DNA of 64,000 nt from Cetorhinus maximus (taxonomy: Eukaryota): assembly GCF_964194155.1 (NCBI RefSeq), contig NC_135903.1:1054001-1118000 (forward strand). Direction: 5' to 3'. Shown piece after piece: positions 1-13,445 of the stretch. Below the pieces are notes generated by a model, which saw only the letters and a list, made by a program, of their open reading frames with translations, was not told where the DNA came from and ran no database searches. Numbering within the stretch: the stretch's first letter is position 1; the number at the start of each line of letters is the position of its first letter. The translations under genes and the position numbers were made by a program.

Positions 1-1191
1 AAGCTTTATTTTCATGCTGACTTGCTCACTTAATATGTTTGTTGAATGTTTTATCCCAATTTATGTTTCACATTTAATGGAGTTGGCAGAGATTTCTGAA
101 TCTGAACCTAGGCCTCTTGTTCATCTCTGAGGCTGAATGCTTTCATTTGTGCTTTATTATTTCCTGCACAATGTATCTACTGACAGTTAGTATTGTTTTA
201 TTGGGCAATAAAGCAAACCCCAAACTGTTTATAGATTCTTGCCTGATTAATTAGTTTACAGGGTAAATTGCAGAGCCGAAGGTTACTGAGAGGACTAAGC
301 AAACCCTAGCTGAATTGGGCAATTGTGGAGTATTGGGCCGGACTGTACAGGCAAAGGGTGTGTAAATTAAAGAGATATATGGTTAATTGATGGGATATTT
401 AATTGCCACATGATTCTAAATAGGGGTATCTGTTCACTTGTCTCTCTCAATCCTCTCTTCTTTTTGTTTGCTATATTTCAAGTTGGTTGGTTAGATTTAG
501 CCAAGGTGCCAACATTTTGTATGGATTCTCTCCAGTGACCTCTTTCAACTGAGTAAATTGCACATCAGCGTGTGTCAACCCATAAAATATGATGTCAGCG
601 TCTGGGGAATTCTTTAAAAACACTTAACTTGAAGGAGCCTCGAAGCAAGCAATGCTTTAGAACATATGACCCAAGAATGTAGAAGGACTGAGAGACAGGA
701 ATTGATCTCTGTTGGTAACAGAGGCTACATAATAATTCAGACGACTGTGAGTTCCTCTTGAGGAAAAGCAGTACTGCAGTAATGTATGTTCGTTTTATTT
801 GTATTTATCCATCACTGCCTGCTTTCTGTCTCTACATCTTTCAGCCTAGTCTGTACAAGTTCTAACATTCAGACACTACCAGAAAAGTAAGAACAATTGA
901 ATAATTGAACATCATCTTGTGGTAGTACCTTTGGGAAGTCAGAGCATGAGATGACACTAAGTAAAACAGGAGCATTTTAAGTTCACAAGTTTTGTGAGAA
1001 ATTTTTCAGCATGTGAGAGGTAATTTTCTCCTAATTTTGATCAAAATATTTTATCTTCTGATTCAGGTCCTTTCTAGCAAATCTTCACACACTTTCTTTT
1101 GGGGATTAGTGGGGAGGTGGTGGAAGGATTCCTGGCTGATTATCAGTCCATTGAACCATGTCATGAATGCTCCTTCTGTGGCCAGCAAGTC

Positions 1192-1258
1192 CTGGTGTGG
1201 AACTTGAACCTGGAGCTTCTGGCTCAGAGGTAGGGAAAGCTACCAATGCACCACAAAG
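1192..1258 (-). mobile_element. tRNA-derived SINE head fragment
   Basis: Reverse strand reads TGGTGCATTGG (A-box-like) ... GGTTCAAGTTCC (B-box-like); no complete cloverleaf seen. Confidence 0.55.
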
Positions 1259-1440
1259 GCCTATTCCTCCTGATTCAGTAAGAATGTCGATTGTGAGTCT
1301 TAATTCTTGCAGCTCATAAATCTCAATGTTAACACAATCCACCTGGTGGTACAGGGCAGGTTTTGCATGGATACGTTTCACACTGCACCTGATTTTATCC
1401 TCCATTAGTTCTGATGGAATGTGATTATGGGCATTAATAA

Positions 1441-2590
1441 GAAAGACTTGCATTAATTCACATCTTTCATGATCTCAGAATGTCCCAGAGCTTCACAACC
1501 AATGAGCAACTTCTTGAAGTCACTATTATAATGCAGGAAACAAGGCAGCCAATTTGTGTGCAGCAAGTTCAAAATGTGATAATCACTGGGTAATTGGGCC
1601 ATAACTTCCAAACCCTGACCCCCCACCTTGTATTGAGGGCTACCCCAAAAATGCACTGGGGAATCCCCTTCGGAATTTTGCCGGTAAAGTTTGCACGGCA
1701 ATTGCCCAGAAGTGCAAACTTCCCCTGGGCAATTGCCCTGCACTGGGAAATCATCAAAAAATGTGATTTAAATCGTAAACTTCGGATGGTTCTGATTGGG
1801 TTACATCAATAGTTCCCCAGAAGAAGTTAGAACAATTAAAACGTCTTCAAACTTCTGGGTAACTATTGTACAGACCCACAGGACTCCCCAACACCGTCCC
1901 CCTCCCCACCCCCCCACCCCCCCTGCAGGCCCCTGACCACCCATCCCACCCACAAGGGACTGGATGCCCCCACCCTGTGGGGACTCTTTCTCCCCTCCTT
2001 GTCAGACCCAACTCTCTCACCCCATTGCCCTTCCTACACCCCTCATCCAGGCCCAAACTAACACAACCCAACACCTCCCCCACCGCCACCCGCCCCCCCA
2101 CACCTCTCAAAGCATCAACTCCACAGCTAGTGCCTGCCATAAAAAAGAGGGTGTGACTTCCTTCCCTTCAACTGAGTTGCCCTTTGACGCCAGGCCCAGG
2201 GGACACTGCAGTACCTGGTTCTCACCCAGCCTGAGTCAGAAGGTCGGGCGAGACAGGATGGAAAATAAATTTTGGCTAAAAAAACCTAGGAGCAGAATGT
2301 CAATCCGACTCAGATTACCACTCCAAGGAAGTTCAGGCCCAATCTGTTTGATGTTAATTAATAAATATTGACCAGGACATCATGGATGGTTTCTCGCTCT
2401 TCTTTGATATAGTGCTATGGGATCTTTTACATTCGCCTAAGAGGGTAGATGGACCTCAGTTTAACATCTCCGAAAGGTGGGACCTCCACCAATGTAGCAT
2501 CCACTGCACTGGACTGTCAGCCTAGATTTTGTGCTCAAGTCCTGGAGTGGGACTTGCACCCACAACCTTCTGACTCAGAGACAAGAGTTG
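1441..2590 (-). mobile_element. Deu-domain (SacSINE1-like) tRNA-derived SINE split by a MITE
   Basis: 1441-1595 is the reverse of the tail at about 50660-50822, and 2341-2590 is the reverse of the head and body at 50378-50650; the halves are collinear across the 1596-2340 insert. Confidence 0.75.
1596..2340. mobile_element. PIF/Harbinger-type MITE (family 1)
   Basis: Imperfect TIRs GGGCCATAACTTCC / GGAAGTTCAGGCCC; flanks ATT/AAT (degenerate 3-bp TSD); interrupts a SINE; interior 1801-1870 matches 28265-28332 in reverse. Confidence 0.75.
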
Positions 2591-3544
2591 ACATTTCTGG
2601 GGCTGTGAGAATTGTGGGATTAAAACTATTAAATCTAACTGGTTTTGATTTTTAATTATCCAATTCTATAGGCCTCCTTCACATGGGTGTTGACTCACAG
2701 CACAAGCCAAGCTACAGTGAAGACCACATCAGAAGAAGCAAGAAATTATGCAGAAACCACAAAAAAAAGCAGCCGTTACCTTGGTATAAACAGTTAAAAA
2801 TGCAACACTAAAGAAAATAAATTGAGTTTGCTAATGTCGGCTTTATTTGGAAAAATAGCATTGATAATAGCTTAAAACCTCAGAGCATACATGAACAACC
2901 CCATAACTCAGACTCAGTCACTACCACACATCTTGCAACTCGCTGAAGACCTTATCAGATGGCTGCTTTCATTGATCTTTCACTTTTTCCTTCCATTGGT
3001 ATAGTTTCCCTTTCTCTGAAATGACCTTCGGTGAATTTTTTCTCTCTCGTGTTTTGTTTTTCCTTCAAGTACCTCTATTCAGCCCTGAAGTCAAAAATTG
3101 CATTATTAAATTACGTAACTAGACTCCCTCCATATTGTCCAATGTTCCTTAACTTACATCCTGTAGCATACAATTTTGGCACCCTTGTTCTCTCAATGAT
3201 AAATCAAGATTCTATTATAACTTCAAAATTAGGTACAAATTTGTGATGGAAAACTGAGGCCATAATTCACTTGTATCTTTTGTAACCTTCATCAACTATA
3301 CATATTGGAGTATGTGTAAACAACATTCAATGCACTAGCACTTCTGTTTTAACTTTGTGGTTAGGGAGATCAAGACAATGCACTTATGCATTTTATAATG
3401 TATAAATCTAACCACCGCGCTGCTTAGAATTTGTTCCTGATATCATCTCCCATCTGCTGTGCGAGCTCTCAAATCTGACTGATTCTAGTGGTGACAGTCT
3501 GGGATGGTGTGAGATGTACATGCATCCTTTGAGGGGTCACTCGT

Positions 3545-4640
3545 CACTCCTCCTCTGCTACAATCAGGCCCATGAGCTGACTACAGCCCCAGTGAGCAGA
3601 CCATCAGAGTATTCAAGAAGAACTCCTGCTGTCTGATCTGGTCTGATACTTTCTCCAGACTGTGCTGAAGAAAGTTATGCCACACTGTTGTGACCTACTG
3701 TTGTGGTTTGCTGAATGCTGCACAAGTGTTCTCTGCAATGGGGACTATGTAGAATCCACACCAGGTGATGAGTGAGAGGTTGCATCTTTGCTACACCTCC
3801 CTCAGTTCTTGCAGTCTCTCTTTTGCTGTGTGCAAGCTTGTCCTGCAAGACAAGGAGGAATGGTTAATGTGTGGCCTGTGAAAGGGTTTTGAGAATGTGT
3901 GAAGGCAGCTTGCTGCTCAAAGGAAGAATCAGCCATTTGCACAAGAAGCAGAAATTGTTGCGTAAAAGAAAGTGGCCACAGTGTGAGATATTAAAGAACA
4001 TGAGAGAAATTTAGGACTGAATCCAAAACAAAATAAAAGCAGAAGGTTGTTTGTGCCAATTTTGAGGGCAGTAGCAGGTGTTGAGTGTGAGCAGAAGGTG
4101 ATGTAATGCAGTGTCCTGTTGTGTTTGAAAGAAATCTTGTGTAGCAGGAAGGGAATTAGTTTGCTAGCAAAGAGAGCAGTGTTGCAGAGTAAAGGAGATG
4201 TGAGGACCTTGACAATCTTGGCAGCACATCAGGTCCTGGGAATGGTACTGCTGGCACTGATCCACTCAGTCACCCCTCTCTCTCGGTCTCTTGACTAACT
4301 GGTGTGGTACCCACCTACCTCTTTCCTGGCCCTGCCTTGCTCAACAAGCACCTCCACGGCAACACCGGAAAATCTGGACGTTGTGATTGTCAGCAGAAAC
4401 TCTTTTTCTGCACGACTGTTTTCAAGAGAGCAAGCTGGGTTTAAGAAGTGACAGACTCCTTGAAGTTCCCACACTTCCAATGAACTAGATGCCTCTGAGC
4501 AGTATGATTAACGCAGGCAGCTTTCCACTCTAATTTAAATAGGCTCAATCATGCAAAATGGAACAGGCCTCCGGCTCATAATCAGGTGGGTGTTCCATTA
4601 TCCGCCTCCCGCCCATGCTGTACATGAAAATGAACCTGTT
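3545..4640. mobile_element. Highly decayed, internally deleted Harbinger element
   Basis: Plus strand near 3558-3650 gives YNQAHELTTAPV/EQTIRVFKKNSCCLIWS (one frameshift), resembling the transposase C-terminus near 40500-40580; minus strand 4200-4390 gives SRFSGVAVEVLVEQGRARKEV ... VTEWISASSTIPRT, Myb/SANT-like. Confidence 0.5.
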
Positions 4641-5633
4641 GGTTGAATCTGCCTGCCTGTCTTAAGCGCTAATGTTGTTGAGAAAGCCCAATCTGTAATG
4701 ATTACACCCTGAGCTTTAGGCCTTGGATGTCCACCTAGGTTATTCATTTCAGGAAGTTTTGGTTGCTGCATCTCAGCTTTGATCTTAATTTCTTATTTGA
4801 CCTTTATAATGGTTTATACTTTCCCAAGGCTTCAACTTGTTAGTTAAAAGATGAAACAAGCCCAGCTTACTCGAATGTAGACAGCGAGTAAGAGTGAGAG
4901 AGAATTGATTGAGCTTTAACAGAATCTGTAGGTGTTGCCTAGTGGGGAAATGCTGCTCTCCTTTTCTGTCCTGCTGATTGTTTCTGTTTGAAGTTCTGAA
5001 AGCTTTAAATGAATTTATTTAGACTGCAAATGAATTAACTAATCTGCAAAAGTGTTCCTGATGGAAGGTCTGTCCTTGCCTGATAAAGGAAATTTAGCAA
5101 AGTATCTAAAACTGTGCAATGCTGCTAGGCATTATTTTAATCTAGTCCAATTCTATGTTAAATCCAAATGAACATAAAGTGGTAATAGTTGGTGCTCGGC
5201 TATATATATGGTATCTCATGAATGTTTGAGATGTATTGATTATACTCAGGTCTATATGATCTCAGGTTGGCTTGCTGTCAAGGAGGCCAAGGAGCATGAA
5301 CTGGGGATTCCTTTAGTCTCTGCAAACTCTTCTCTTAACCAGCCATTTTGTGGACAGTTTCCTGTTGTTCCTCTATGTGCAGTGTTGGGTCAGAGTTGGG
5401 AACTCTCAAGTTAACGAAGCAATGAACACCACAGGATGTGAGATGTTAGAGATGGAGTATCACAATGAATGTCATGAATTCAGTAAAGGGGCATACCAGG
5501 AAAATCCTGCATGTGTTCCTTCATAGGAATTAAATTAAAAGAATATCTTTTAAAAGCACCAGCAGCAAGTGGAAAAGAAACCATTGAGGAAAGAAGTAGA
5601 GGAACAGAGGAAAGTTAAGAAGTGATATGTACA

Positions 5634-7802
5634 TTTTTGAAATTCATTTACGGGATGTGGGCATTGCTGGCTAGGCCAGCATTTATTGCCCATCCCTAAT
5701 TGCCCTTGAAAAGGTGGTGATGAGCTGCCTTCTTGAACCGCTGCAGTCTATGTGGTGTAGGTACACCCACAGAGCTGTTAGAGAGGGAGTTCCAGGATTT
5801 TGACCTAGCGACAGTGAAGGAACGGCGATATATTTCCAAGTCAGGATGGTGTGTAACTTGGAGGGGAGCTTGCAGGTGGTGATATTCCCAAGTGTCTGCT
5901 GCCCTTGTCCTTCTAGATGGTAGCGGTCATGGGTTTGGAAGCTGCTATCTAAGGAGCCTTGGTGAGTTTCTGCAGTGCATTTTGTAGATGATACAGACTG
6001 CTGCCATTGTTTGTCAGTGGTGGAGGGAACGAATGTTTGTGGATGGGGTGCCAATCAAGCGGCTGCTTTGTCCTGGATGGTGTCCAGCTTCTTGAGTATT
6101 GTTGGAGCTGCATCCAGCTCATCCAGGCAAGTGGGGAGAGTATTCCATCACACTCTTGACTTTGCCTGGTAGATGCTGGACAGACTTTGGGGAGTCAGGT
6201 GGTGAGTTACTCGCCGCAGGATTCCTAGCCTCTGACCTGCTCTTGTAGCCACTGTATTTAAATGGCTAGTCCAGTTCAGTTTCTAGTCAATGGTAACCTC
6301 TAGGATGTTGATAGTGGGAGATTCAGCGATTGTTTGCTATTGAATGTCAAGGGTGATTGTTAGATTCTCTCTTGTTGGAGATGGTCATTGCCTGACACTT
6401 GTGTGGTGTGAATGTTACTTGGCACTTGTCAGCCCAAGCCTGGATATTGTCCAGGTCTTGCTGCATTTGGCCATGGACTGCTTCAGTATCTGAGGAGTCG
6501 CGAATGTTGCTGAATATAGCCCAAAGCCTTTGCAGTATCCAGTGCCTTCAGCAGTTTCTTGATGTCACGTGGAGTGAATTGAATTGGCTGAAGACTGGCA
6601 TCTATGATGCTGGGGATCTCTGGAGGAGGCCGAAATAGATCATCCACTCGGCGCTTCTGGCTGAAGATTGTTGCGAATGCTTCAGCCTTATCTTTTGCAC
6701 AGATGTGCTGGGCTCCTTCATCATTGAGGATGGGAATATTTGTGGAGCTTCCTCCTCCAGTGAGTTGTTTAATTGTCCACCACCATTCATGACTGGATGT
6801 GGCAGGACTTCAGAGCTTAGATCTGATCCGTTGGCTGTGGAATCACTGAACACGGTCTATCACTTGCTGCTTATGCTGTTTGGCACGCAAGTAGTCCTGT
6901 GTTGTAGCTTCACCAGGTTGACACCTCATTTTTAGGTGTACCTGGTGCTGCTCCTGGCATGCCCTCCTGCACTCTTCATTGAACCAGGGTTGATCCCTGG
7001 CTTGATGGTAATGGTAGAGTGAGGGATTTGTTGGACCATGCGGTTACAGATTGTGGTTGAGTACAATTCTGCTGGTGTTGATGGCCCACAGCGCCTCATG
7101 GATGCCCAGTCTTGAGTTGCTAGATCTGTTCAAAATCTATCCCATTTAGCACGGTGGTAGTGCCACATAACATGATGATGAGTATCCTCAATGTGAAGAT
7201 GAGATTTCATCTCCACAATGACTGTGCAGTGGTCACTCCTACCGATACTGTCATGGACAGATGCATCTGCGGCAGGCAGGTTGGTGAGGATGAGGTCCAA
7301 GTATGTTTTTTCCCTCTAGTTGCTTCCTTCACCAGCTGCTGTAGACTGAGCCTAGCAGCTATGTCCTTAGGACTCAGCCAGCTCGGTCTGTAGTGGAGCT
7401 ACAGAGCCATTCTCGGCAATGGACATTGAAGTCCCCCACCCAGAGTACATTCTGCACCTTTGCCACCCTCAGTGCTTCCTCCAAGTGGTGTTCGACATGG
7501 AGGAGCACTGATGCATCAGCTGAGGGAGGGCGGTACGTGGTAATCAGCAGGAGGTTTCCTTGCCCATGTTTGATGTGATGCCTTGAGACTTCATGGGAGT
7601 AGATGTTGAGAATTCTCGGGGTAGCTCCCCCCACACTGTAAACCACTGTGCTGCCATCTCTGCTGGGCCTGTCCTGCAGGTGGGACAGGACATACCCAGG
7701 GATGGTGATGGTGGTGTTTGGGACATTATCTGTGAGGTATGATCCCGTGAGTATGACTATGTCAGGCTGCTGCTGGACTATTCTGTGAGACAGCTCTCCC
7801 AG
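5634..7802 (-). mobile_element. CR1-group LINE (family A), ORF2 remnant with RT core deleted
   Basis: APE endonuclease motifs in ORF 7374-7823 (QPDIVILT, IPGY, YRPPS, VGDFNVH); linker EWWWTIKQL...; RT C-terminus QQDLDNIQAWADK; 3' tail shared with many fragments in this window. Confidence 0.88.
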
Positions 7803-10344
7803 TTTACAAGGATCCACTTCCAATGAATGACTTCCAGACCTTTTCAGCAGTATTGAGGCCTAGCAAAAACTGAGATAAAATAAAGGGACTTGGGAGATGA
7901 TGCTACATGGAAATGGGAGACAGAGTGAGAATCTCCTGAGATTGCCAAGGGAAGAGATCCCATTCAGGGGCAGATAGATAGTAAGTGGGAGAGAAGCCCT
8001 CTTGGACATTCAGTTGAGGGAAGGGAGATAGAGACATATAGGCCAGGATATTCTCCACATGGGCACAACCCGAAAGCTAGACCTGAAAATGGGCCCATCC
8101 CTGTGCCTGTTCTGCCCTTGTCCAGTTACACTCTAACATCCTGCCCGAATTATGCCCGAACAGAAAGCAAACTCGGGATCAGCCCCAAAAAATGTTGAGC
8201 TAACAGCATTTATTCCTTCCTTAAGTATGAAAATTAAAGTTTCAGCTCATTTAGCCATCCTTCATCCACATCAGGACTGTAGTCGGGGAAGCTTTTCAAT
8301 TTTTAATGTGACATTTTATGTTATAAAATTGCATTAAAAGAAACAGAAAATACAGAGCAAATCTCAGTGGGGATTTTTTTTTTAAAAACGCACTCCAAAG
8401 CCTGCAATAAAACACCAGAAAAAATATTTTGTCTTGTGCTAAGCCTGGAAAAGTGATAATTTGGAGAGTGATTCTGTCCAAGCTTAATAACAGAAATCGC
8501 TCAAAAAAGGCATTATAAATCAAGTGGTGGGGGGAGGGGTGAAGCAATTATTATGGGTAAAGATGAATTTGGCAGAGGGATTGTTAGGTGATGTAAAAGA
8601 TCATGGAGTTTGGACATGTATTACTTGCATGTGTAACTCACTTGTGTTTGAAGTTTAGTGACCTTTTAGGCCATACTCGTGTTGCACCCACATTACTCCA
8701 GTCTCAGAGTGCAAACAAGTAGCTAGTTCCAGGGCATCTAGTTGAAATTTGGGGTGGGGTGGAAGACAGAGGATGTGACTCCTTTTGAATGGATGTGGGA
8801 AGAAAGTGGGATGAGTACCGTGCTGTGGGGTATAGGGGGAGGGAGAAATACTTATGTGGAGGGAAAGGTGAAAAATGGGGAAACCTTATTGAGTAGGAGG
8901 AGGATGCCGGAAAAAAAAGAGGGAGAAATTCTGTCATGGGTTGTCACAAAGCGACGTATTAATGTATATAATGTATAGAAACTTAGGAGATTCACTCACA
9001 TGCTGTTTTACTGTGGTGCTGCCCCTGTAAACAATGCAATGTTCTGACTCGCCCATTAGTGAAAAGGGATGGTTTCTGTCAGATCATTGGACAAGTAAAA
9101 TGTTTATAATGGCAGAAGATGGAACAGATCTCTGGTTTTGGCATGCATTTGTTTGGATTTGTCAAATGATTAAGTTACTCAACTATGAAAAGGGTAATTG
9201 TGAAGTAAGTTTGTGTTTAGTATCCATGTAAGTATATTCATGTTACAATAATAGTGTAATCTAGTGTTAGCAGCAATACAACAAAGGGAATAATATTTGC
9301 TGAAAGCTATCACTAACACTCAGCTCCACACACACAAACCTAACATTTAACAGCCATGATAAGAAACATTGAATTTACTGTGAAACTGTGTTTATCTATC
9401 CAACACCAGCGCGACCTTTATCACACCTCGGAGTTCACATGTGCAAAGCATATGGTTAGTCTCACATCTGATTGGCTCAAGGATCCCATTCATAAAACAG
9501 TGACTAATCGGGTAGGGAACAAATAACGAGCAACTTTGAAAACCACCAATCAAGAATCAGTAGCAACCATCTAACAATAAAATATATGCAGAGGAGGAAA
9601 CCAGGAACCAATGATATCAATGAAAATATATCTCAAGATCCTTTTGGCTACAATGTTGTTTACTCAGCCAGCCATCTATACACAGATGATATTATGTATG
9701 AAAAGACTGTTTATTGGCATAACCTGTACAAGATAAAATACATTGCAAAAAGTACTTTAAAAAACAAACTACAACATTTACCAACTTGTGTTGAAAATGT
9801 GTTAATTTCTTAGTTTTTCCCTCGAAGACCTAATATCCCCCAGGGACTTGGGGCTTGAGTTTGCTCCTGTTATGATTTCCCATTAATCAACAATTGGGTT
9901 TTATGCTGCTGATACAGTTACTATTGGAACCCTTGCTGTGGTCACTTTCTGACCCCTTGCCATGGTTGTTTTCTGGCATAATGGTGCAGTCTTGGCTTCT
10001 CGATCATGACATAGCAACAGCTATTTTCTGACCCATTCTGCAAGTGTGGCTGATACAGGTCATCCTGTTGCAGTCTTAGTCTAGTGCTCTCTGTTTCTCC
10101 CCCTCGCCACTGCGTACCCCCCCAAAAAACTCCATTGTCTCACAGTGACACAAGAACACCTACCAGTAAAATATGAAATTATTGGTATTTTGAGGTATCT
10201 TTAAGCCTTTGAACAAAAGGGGTACATGCAAAAAGAAGAAACTATTAGATTTATTAACCCTCTTCCATCCAAAGCATCATATCCTATTCCTACTCCTACA
10301 ATATCTCCCCAATTATGTAACCTTGAGTGGGAGATGAGCCTAAT

Positions 10345-10740
10345 GTCAACGTGGCTCAGTTGGTAGAGCTCTCGCTTCTGGGTTAAAGGATTATGGGTTC
10401 ATGCTTTTGGCTTCACTGATAAGCTGACACCTGTATCAACACCTGAGGAAATACAGTATCACTGGAGATGCTGTCTCACTGATAAGATATAAACTGATGC
10501 ATTATCCACCTGTTCTATTGGTTAATGTAGACTTGACAGTTTGTATGCCACTGGTTGAAACAGGGAATAGAATTGTCCTGTAGCTCTGGACAACATTCCT
10601 CCCTGACTCAACAATATTTTTAAAAAAAAGTTGTGGTTCAGTTTATTCTGTTTCTGGGACATTACTGATCCAAAATGACTCTTATTTGCCCGTAAAGCAG
10701 TTACTGTGCTTTGAAAAGAAATTCACTTTATGATGAGGCA
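10345..10740 (+). mobile_element. Diverged Deu-domain SINE
   Basis: Head GTGGCTCAGTTGGTAG...GGGTTCATG, then body collinear with 50378-50822. Confidence 0.6.
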
Positions 10741-10744
10741 TTTC

Positions 10745-10870
10745 ATTGAATCTTACAGCAAAGAGGGAGGCCATTTGGCCTACAATGCCTGTGCTGGCTC
10801 TTTGAAAGAGCTGTTCAATTAGTTCCTCTCCCTTGCTCTTTCCCCATTGCCCTGCAAATGTTTCCTTTCA
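10745..10870 (-). mobile_element. CR1 LINE 3' end fragment
   Basis: GGAGGCCATTTGGCC ... matches the reverse of the CR1 3' UTR at about 25490-25590. Confidence 0.6.
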
Positions 10871-10883
10871 ACATAAGGTGCTT

Positions 10884-11059
10884 TTTTAAAATATTCGTTC
10901 ATGGAATGAGAGCGTCTCTGGCTAGGCCAGTATTTATTGCCCATCCGTAATTGCCCTTGTTTGAGAGCATTTAAGAATCAACCACATTGCTGTGGGTCTG
11001 GAGTCACATGTAGGCCAGACCAGGTAAGGATGGCAGATTTCTTTCCCTAAAGGACATTA
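10884..11059 (-). mobile_element. SINE family B, 3' part
   Basis: Matches 45097-45275. Confidence 0.75.
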
Positions 11060-11084
11060 GGGCTGTATAAATATTTCTCCCAAA

Positions 11085-11385
11085 CTTATGATCTGCACCA
11101 CCAAGAAGAACAGGGCAGTAAGTACCATTTTCAAGGTCCATTCCAAGTAGCACACCATCCCAAGTTGGCAATATATTATCCTCCCTTTAGCTTCACTGGG
11201 TCAAAATCCTGGAACTCCTCCCCCTAACTGCCCTGTGAGCGTACTTACACCACACGAACTGTAGTGGTTCACAGTAGGAATTGGACATGATGCTTTGGCT
11301 GACCATCACCCTCTCAAGGGGGCATTTGGCATGGATAATAAATGCTGGCCTCGTCAACAATGCCCGTGTCCCATGATTGAATAAG
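11085..11385 (+). mobile_element. LINE family A 3' end fragment
   Basis: Reverse-complement similarity to 5640-5930; ends AATAAATGCTGGCC...CCCATGATTGAATAA. Confidence 0.7.
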
Positions 11386-11825
11386 AGAAAGTACTTCTTT
11401 ATTATTAAATAGCCTGGAGTAAGATAGCCAAGATGCTCAAGTTCTGATGCTTCCTCCTAACTCCCATTGTCTCTATTTTCTCCATCCTGCATTGAAAGCC
11501 TGGATCCAAATGATACTGATAAATTGGACGAGCTTAATTCTTGTGGTTTTTAACATCGTCCAATTTGGTTACAGACTTGTAGATTGCTTCTAGAAATCCA
11601 TTATTTTTACCCTGACCTCAATGATAAAAATCCATTACCTTTCTTTAATTGCTTCAAAGTACACTGATGGATAATCGATTCTTTTTGTATTTTATTGACT
11701 TTTAAATGGCTTTCATATCCATTGTATAAGCTGGACTGAACCGGACAGCAGTTCTAAATCACTTTTTGATTGTTGGTTGAATTTCGAGGTGGGTCAAGAG
11801 TGTTTTGTCTGAAGTATTTTTTTTA

Positions 11826-12240
11826 AAACTGCATTTTTTGGTGTAAAAGTAGTGTTTTTGAGACCAAATTTTAGGCAAAAAGCAGGTGGTTGATTTATAA
11901 GTGAGTAATATTTTCAAGGGGTCAAAATTGTTTCACGCTGGGGCTGAGGGAGTATGTGTGACCCAGTCGGTGCCATTTTGGAACAGCCTCTTCCGCTTTC
12001 CCGCCTGACTCTCCAGCTCACAGTTCCTTTCACTCAATTCCTCCCTCTCACCGCCCCTCTCCTGAGCCGTTCCTCACAGTGAGAGTTTGGGAGAGAAAGC
12101 GGTGAGCAGGAGAACTGGGCAGGAAAGCGACAAGCGGGAGAGAGTCAACCTGTGGGAAAGGCTGTGAGTGACTGGTAAATAGAGTTAGTTGGTGGGTGGG
12201 GGGGCTGCTGTCGGGTGGAGGGCAACTTATAAATGAGATT
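11826..12240. mobile_element. Possible decayed Tc1/pogo-like MITE
   Basis: Ends weakly resemble TACCGTATTTTTCGGCGTATAAG-type termini and GACTTATAnnnGAG motifs; a similar terminus fragment lies at 14608-14635. Confidence 0.25.
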
Positions 12241-12654
12241 GACTATTATTCGAGCATATGCAGTACACATTTTTAAGGGACACTTTTTTTTCTTCCCCAG
12301 TTAATGGAAACATGAAAGTGACCTTCATGTACATTTTATCACTGGGATTGGAAGCATTTTGAGAGAAGTTTTGGAGTCTGTCTGTCCAAGTAATACTGCT
12401 TTGAGGTTCCTCATGAGTGCATAACATTCATAACACTTTTATTGTTTGAAGATGTTGTATTCAGATCAAATATATTTCTTTTAAAAACTTGAACACTCAG
12501 TTTCCCCCCGCCCTTCTCTTTTCACGTAAAGGAATCTGTAATTCTTTTTCTTATCCCTCTCATTTGTAGATTTTTCATGTTTTGCTGCAACTGCATCCAC
12601 CCTCAAGCTGCACTTTCCCTCATCCTATCCATTTACCACTCCAAGCTGAACTTA

Positions 12655-12995
12655 AGAACATAAGAAATAGGAGCAGGAGTCGGCTATATGGCCCCTCGAG
12701 TCATTCAATAGGATCATGGCTGACCTGATCTTGGCCTCAATTCCACTTTCTTGTCTATTCCCTGTAACCCTTGGCTCCCCTATAAGAATCTACCATCTCA
12801 GCCTTGTATATATTCAATGCCTCAGCCTCCACATCTCTCTGGAATTCCAAAGATTCATGGTCCTTTGAAAGAAGAAATTCCTCCTCATCTTCATCGTGAA
12901 TAAGCGATCCCATATTCTGAAACTGTGCTCAGTTCTGGATTTCCCCCAGGAGGAGAAACATCCTCTCAGCATCTACCCTGTCTAACCTCCTCAGC
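12655..12995 (-). mobile_element. CR1 LINE 3' end
   Basis: AAGAACATAAGAAATAGGAGCAGGAG tail; collinear with 53535-53890. Confidence 0.8.
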
Positions 12996-13264
12996 TGTCT
13001 CACTATCATCCACCATATTTTGCTTTTCGTCAAGGGAAAGAAGATGGTCCAGCCTCTGAGGTGCCCCATGATTTTCCCATGCAAGGTACATTTAATCAAG
13101 AAGCGCTACATTCACCCAATCAGAACTGGTATGGATCAGATAGCGATGGCTCCTGGCTTTTCCTCTTGCAAAGATCTGTTCGTAGAGTGTATAATTCGGA
13201 TGTAGTCACTCAGCAACGCTATTGGCCTCCATTCCTGTTTTGAGTATTTTCACATTGCTGGTGT

Positions 13265-13445
13265 CATAGGAATAGGAGTAAGCCATTCAGTGCCTCTTAC
13301 CTGCTCAGCATTTCATTCAGGACTCCGTTTTCCCACCATATCCCCCGAGACCCTTGCCAAACAAAACAATGACCGTATCAATCGCAGTCTTGAATTGTCC
13401 CGCATCCACAGCTTTTATGAGGGAGAATTCCAGATTTCTATTACA
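13265..13445 (-). mobile_element. CR1 LINE 3' end fragment (diverged)
   Basis: CATAGGAATAGGAGTAAGCCATTCAG ... TCCACAGC...GAGAATTCCAGA, as in 53535-53750. Confidence 0.6.

Noticed and set aside
1866-2156. Proline-rich ORF (and the Gly/Val-rich ORF at 28099-28320)
   Set aside because: Translations of the low-complexity C-rich and G-rich tracts inside MITE family 1.
8040-8185. Short MITE beginning GGCCAGGATATTCTCC
   Set aside because: No convincing partner TIR or TSD could be assigned.
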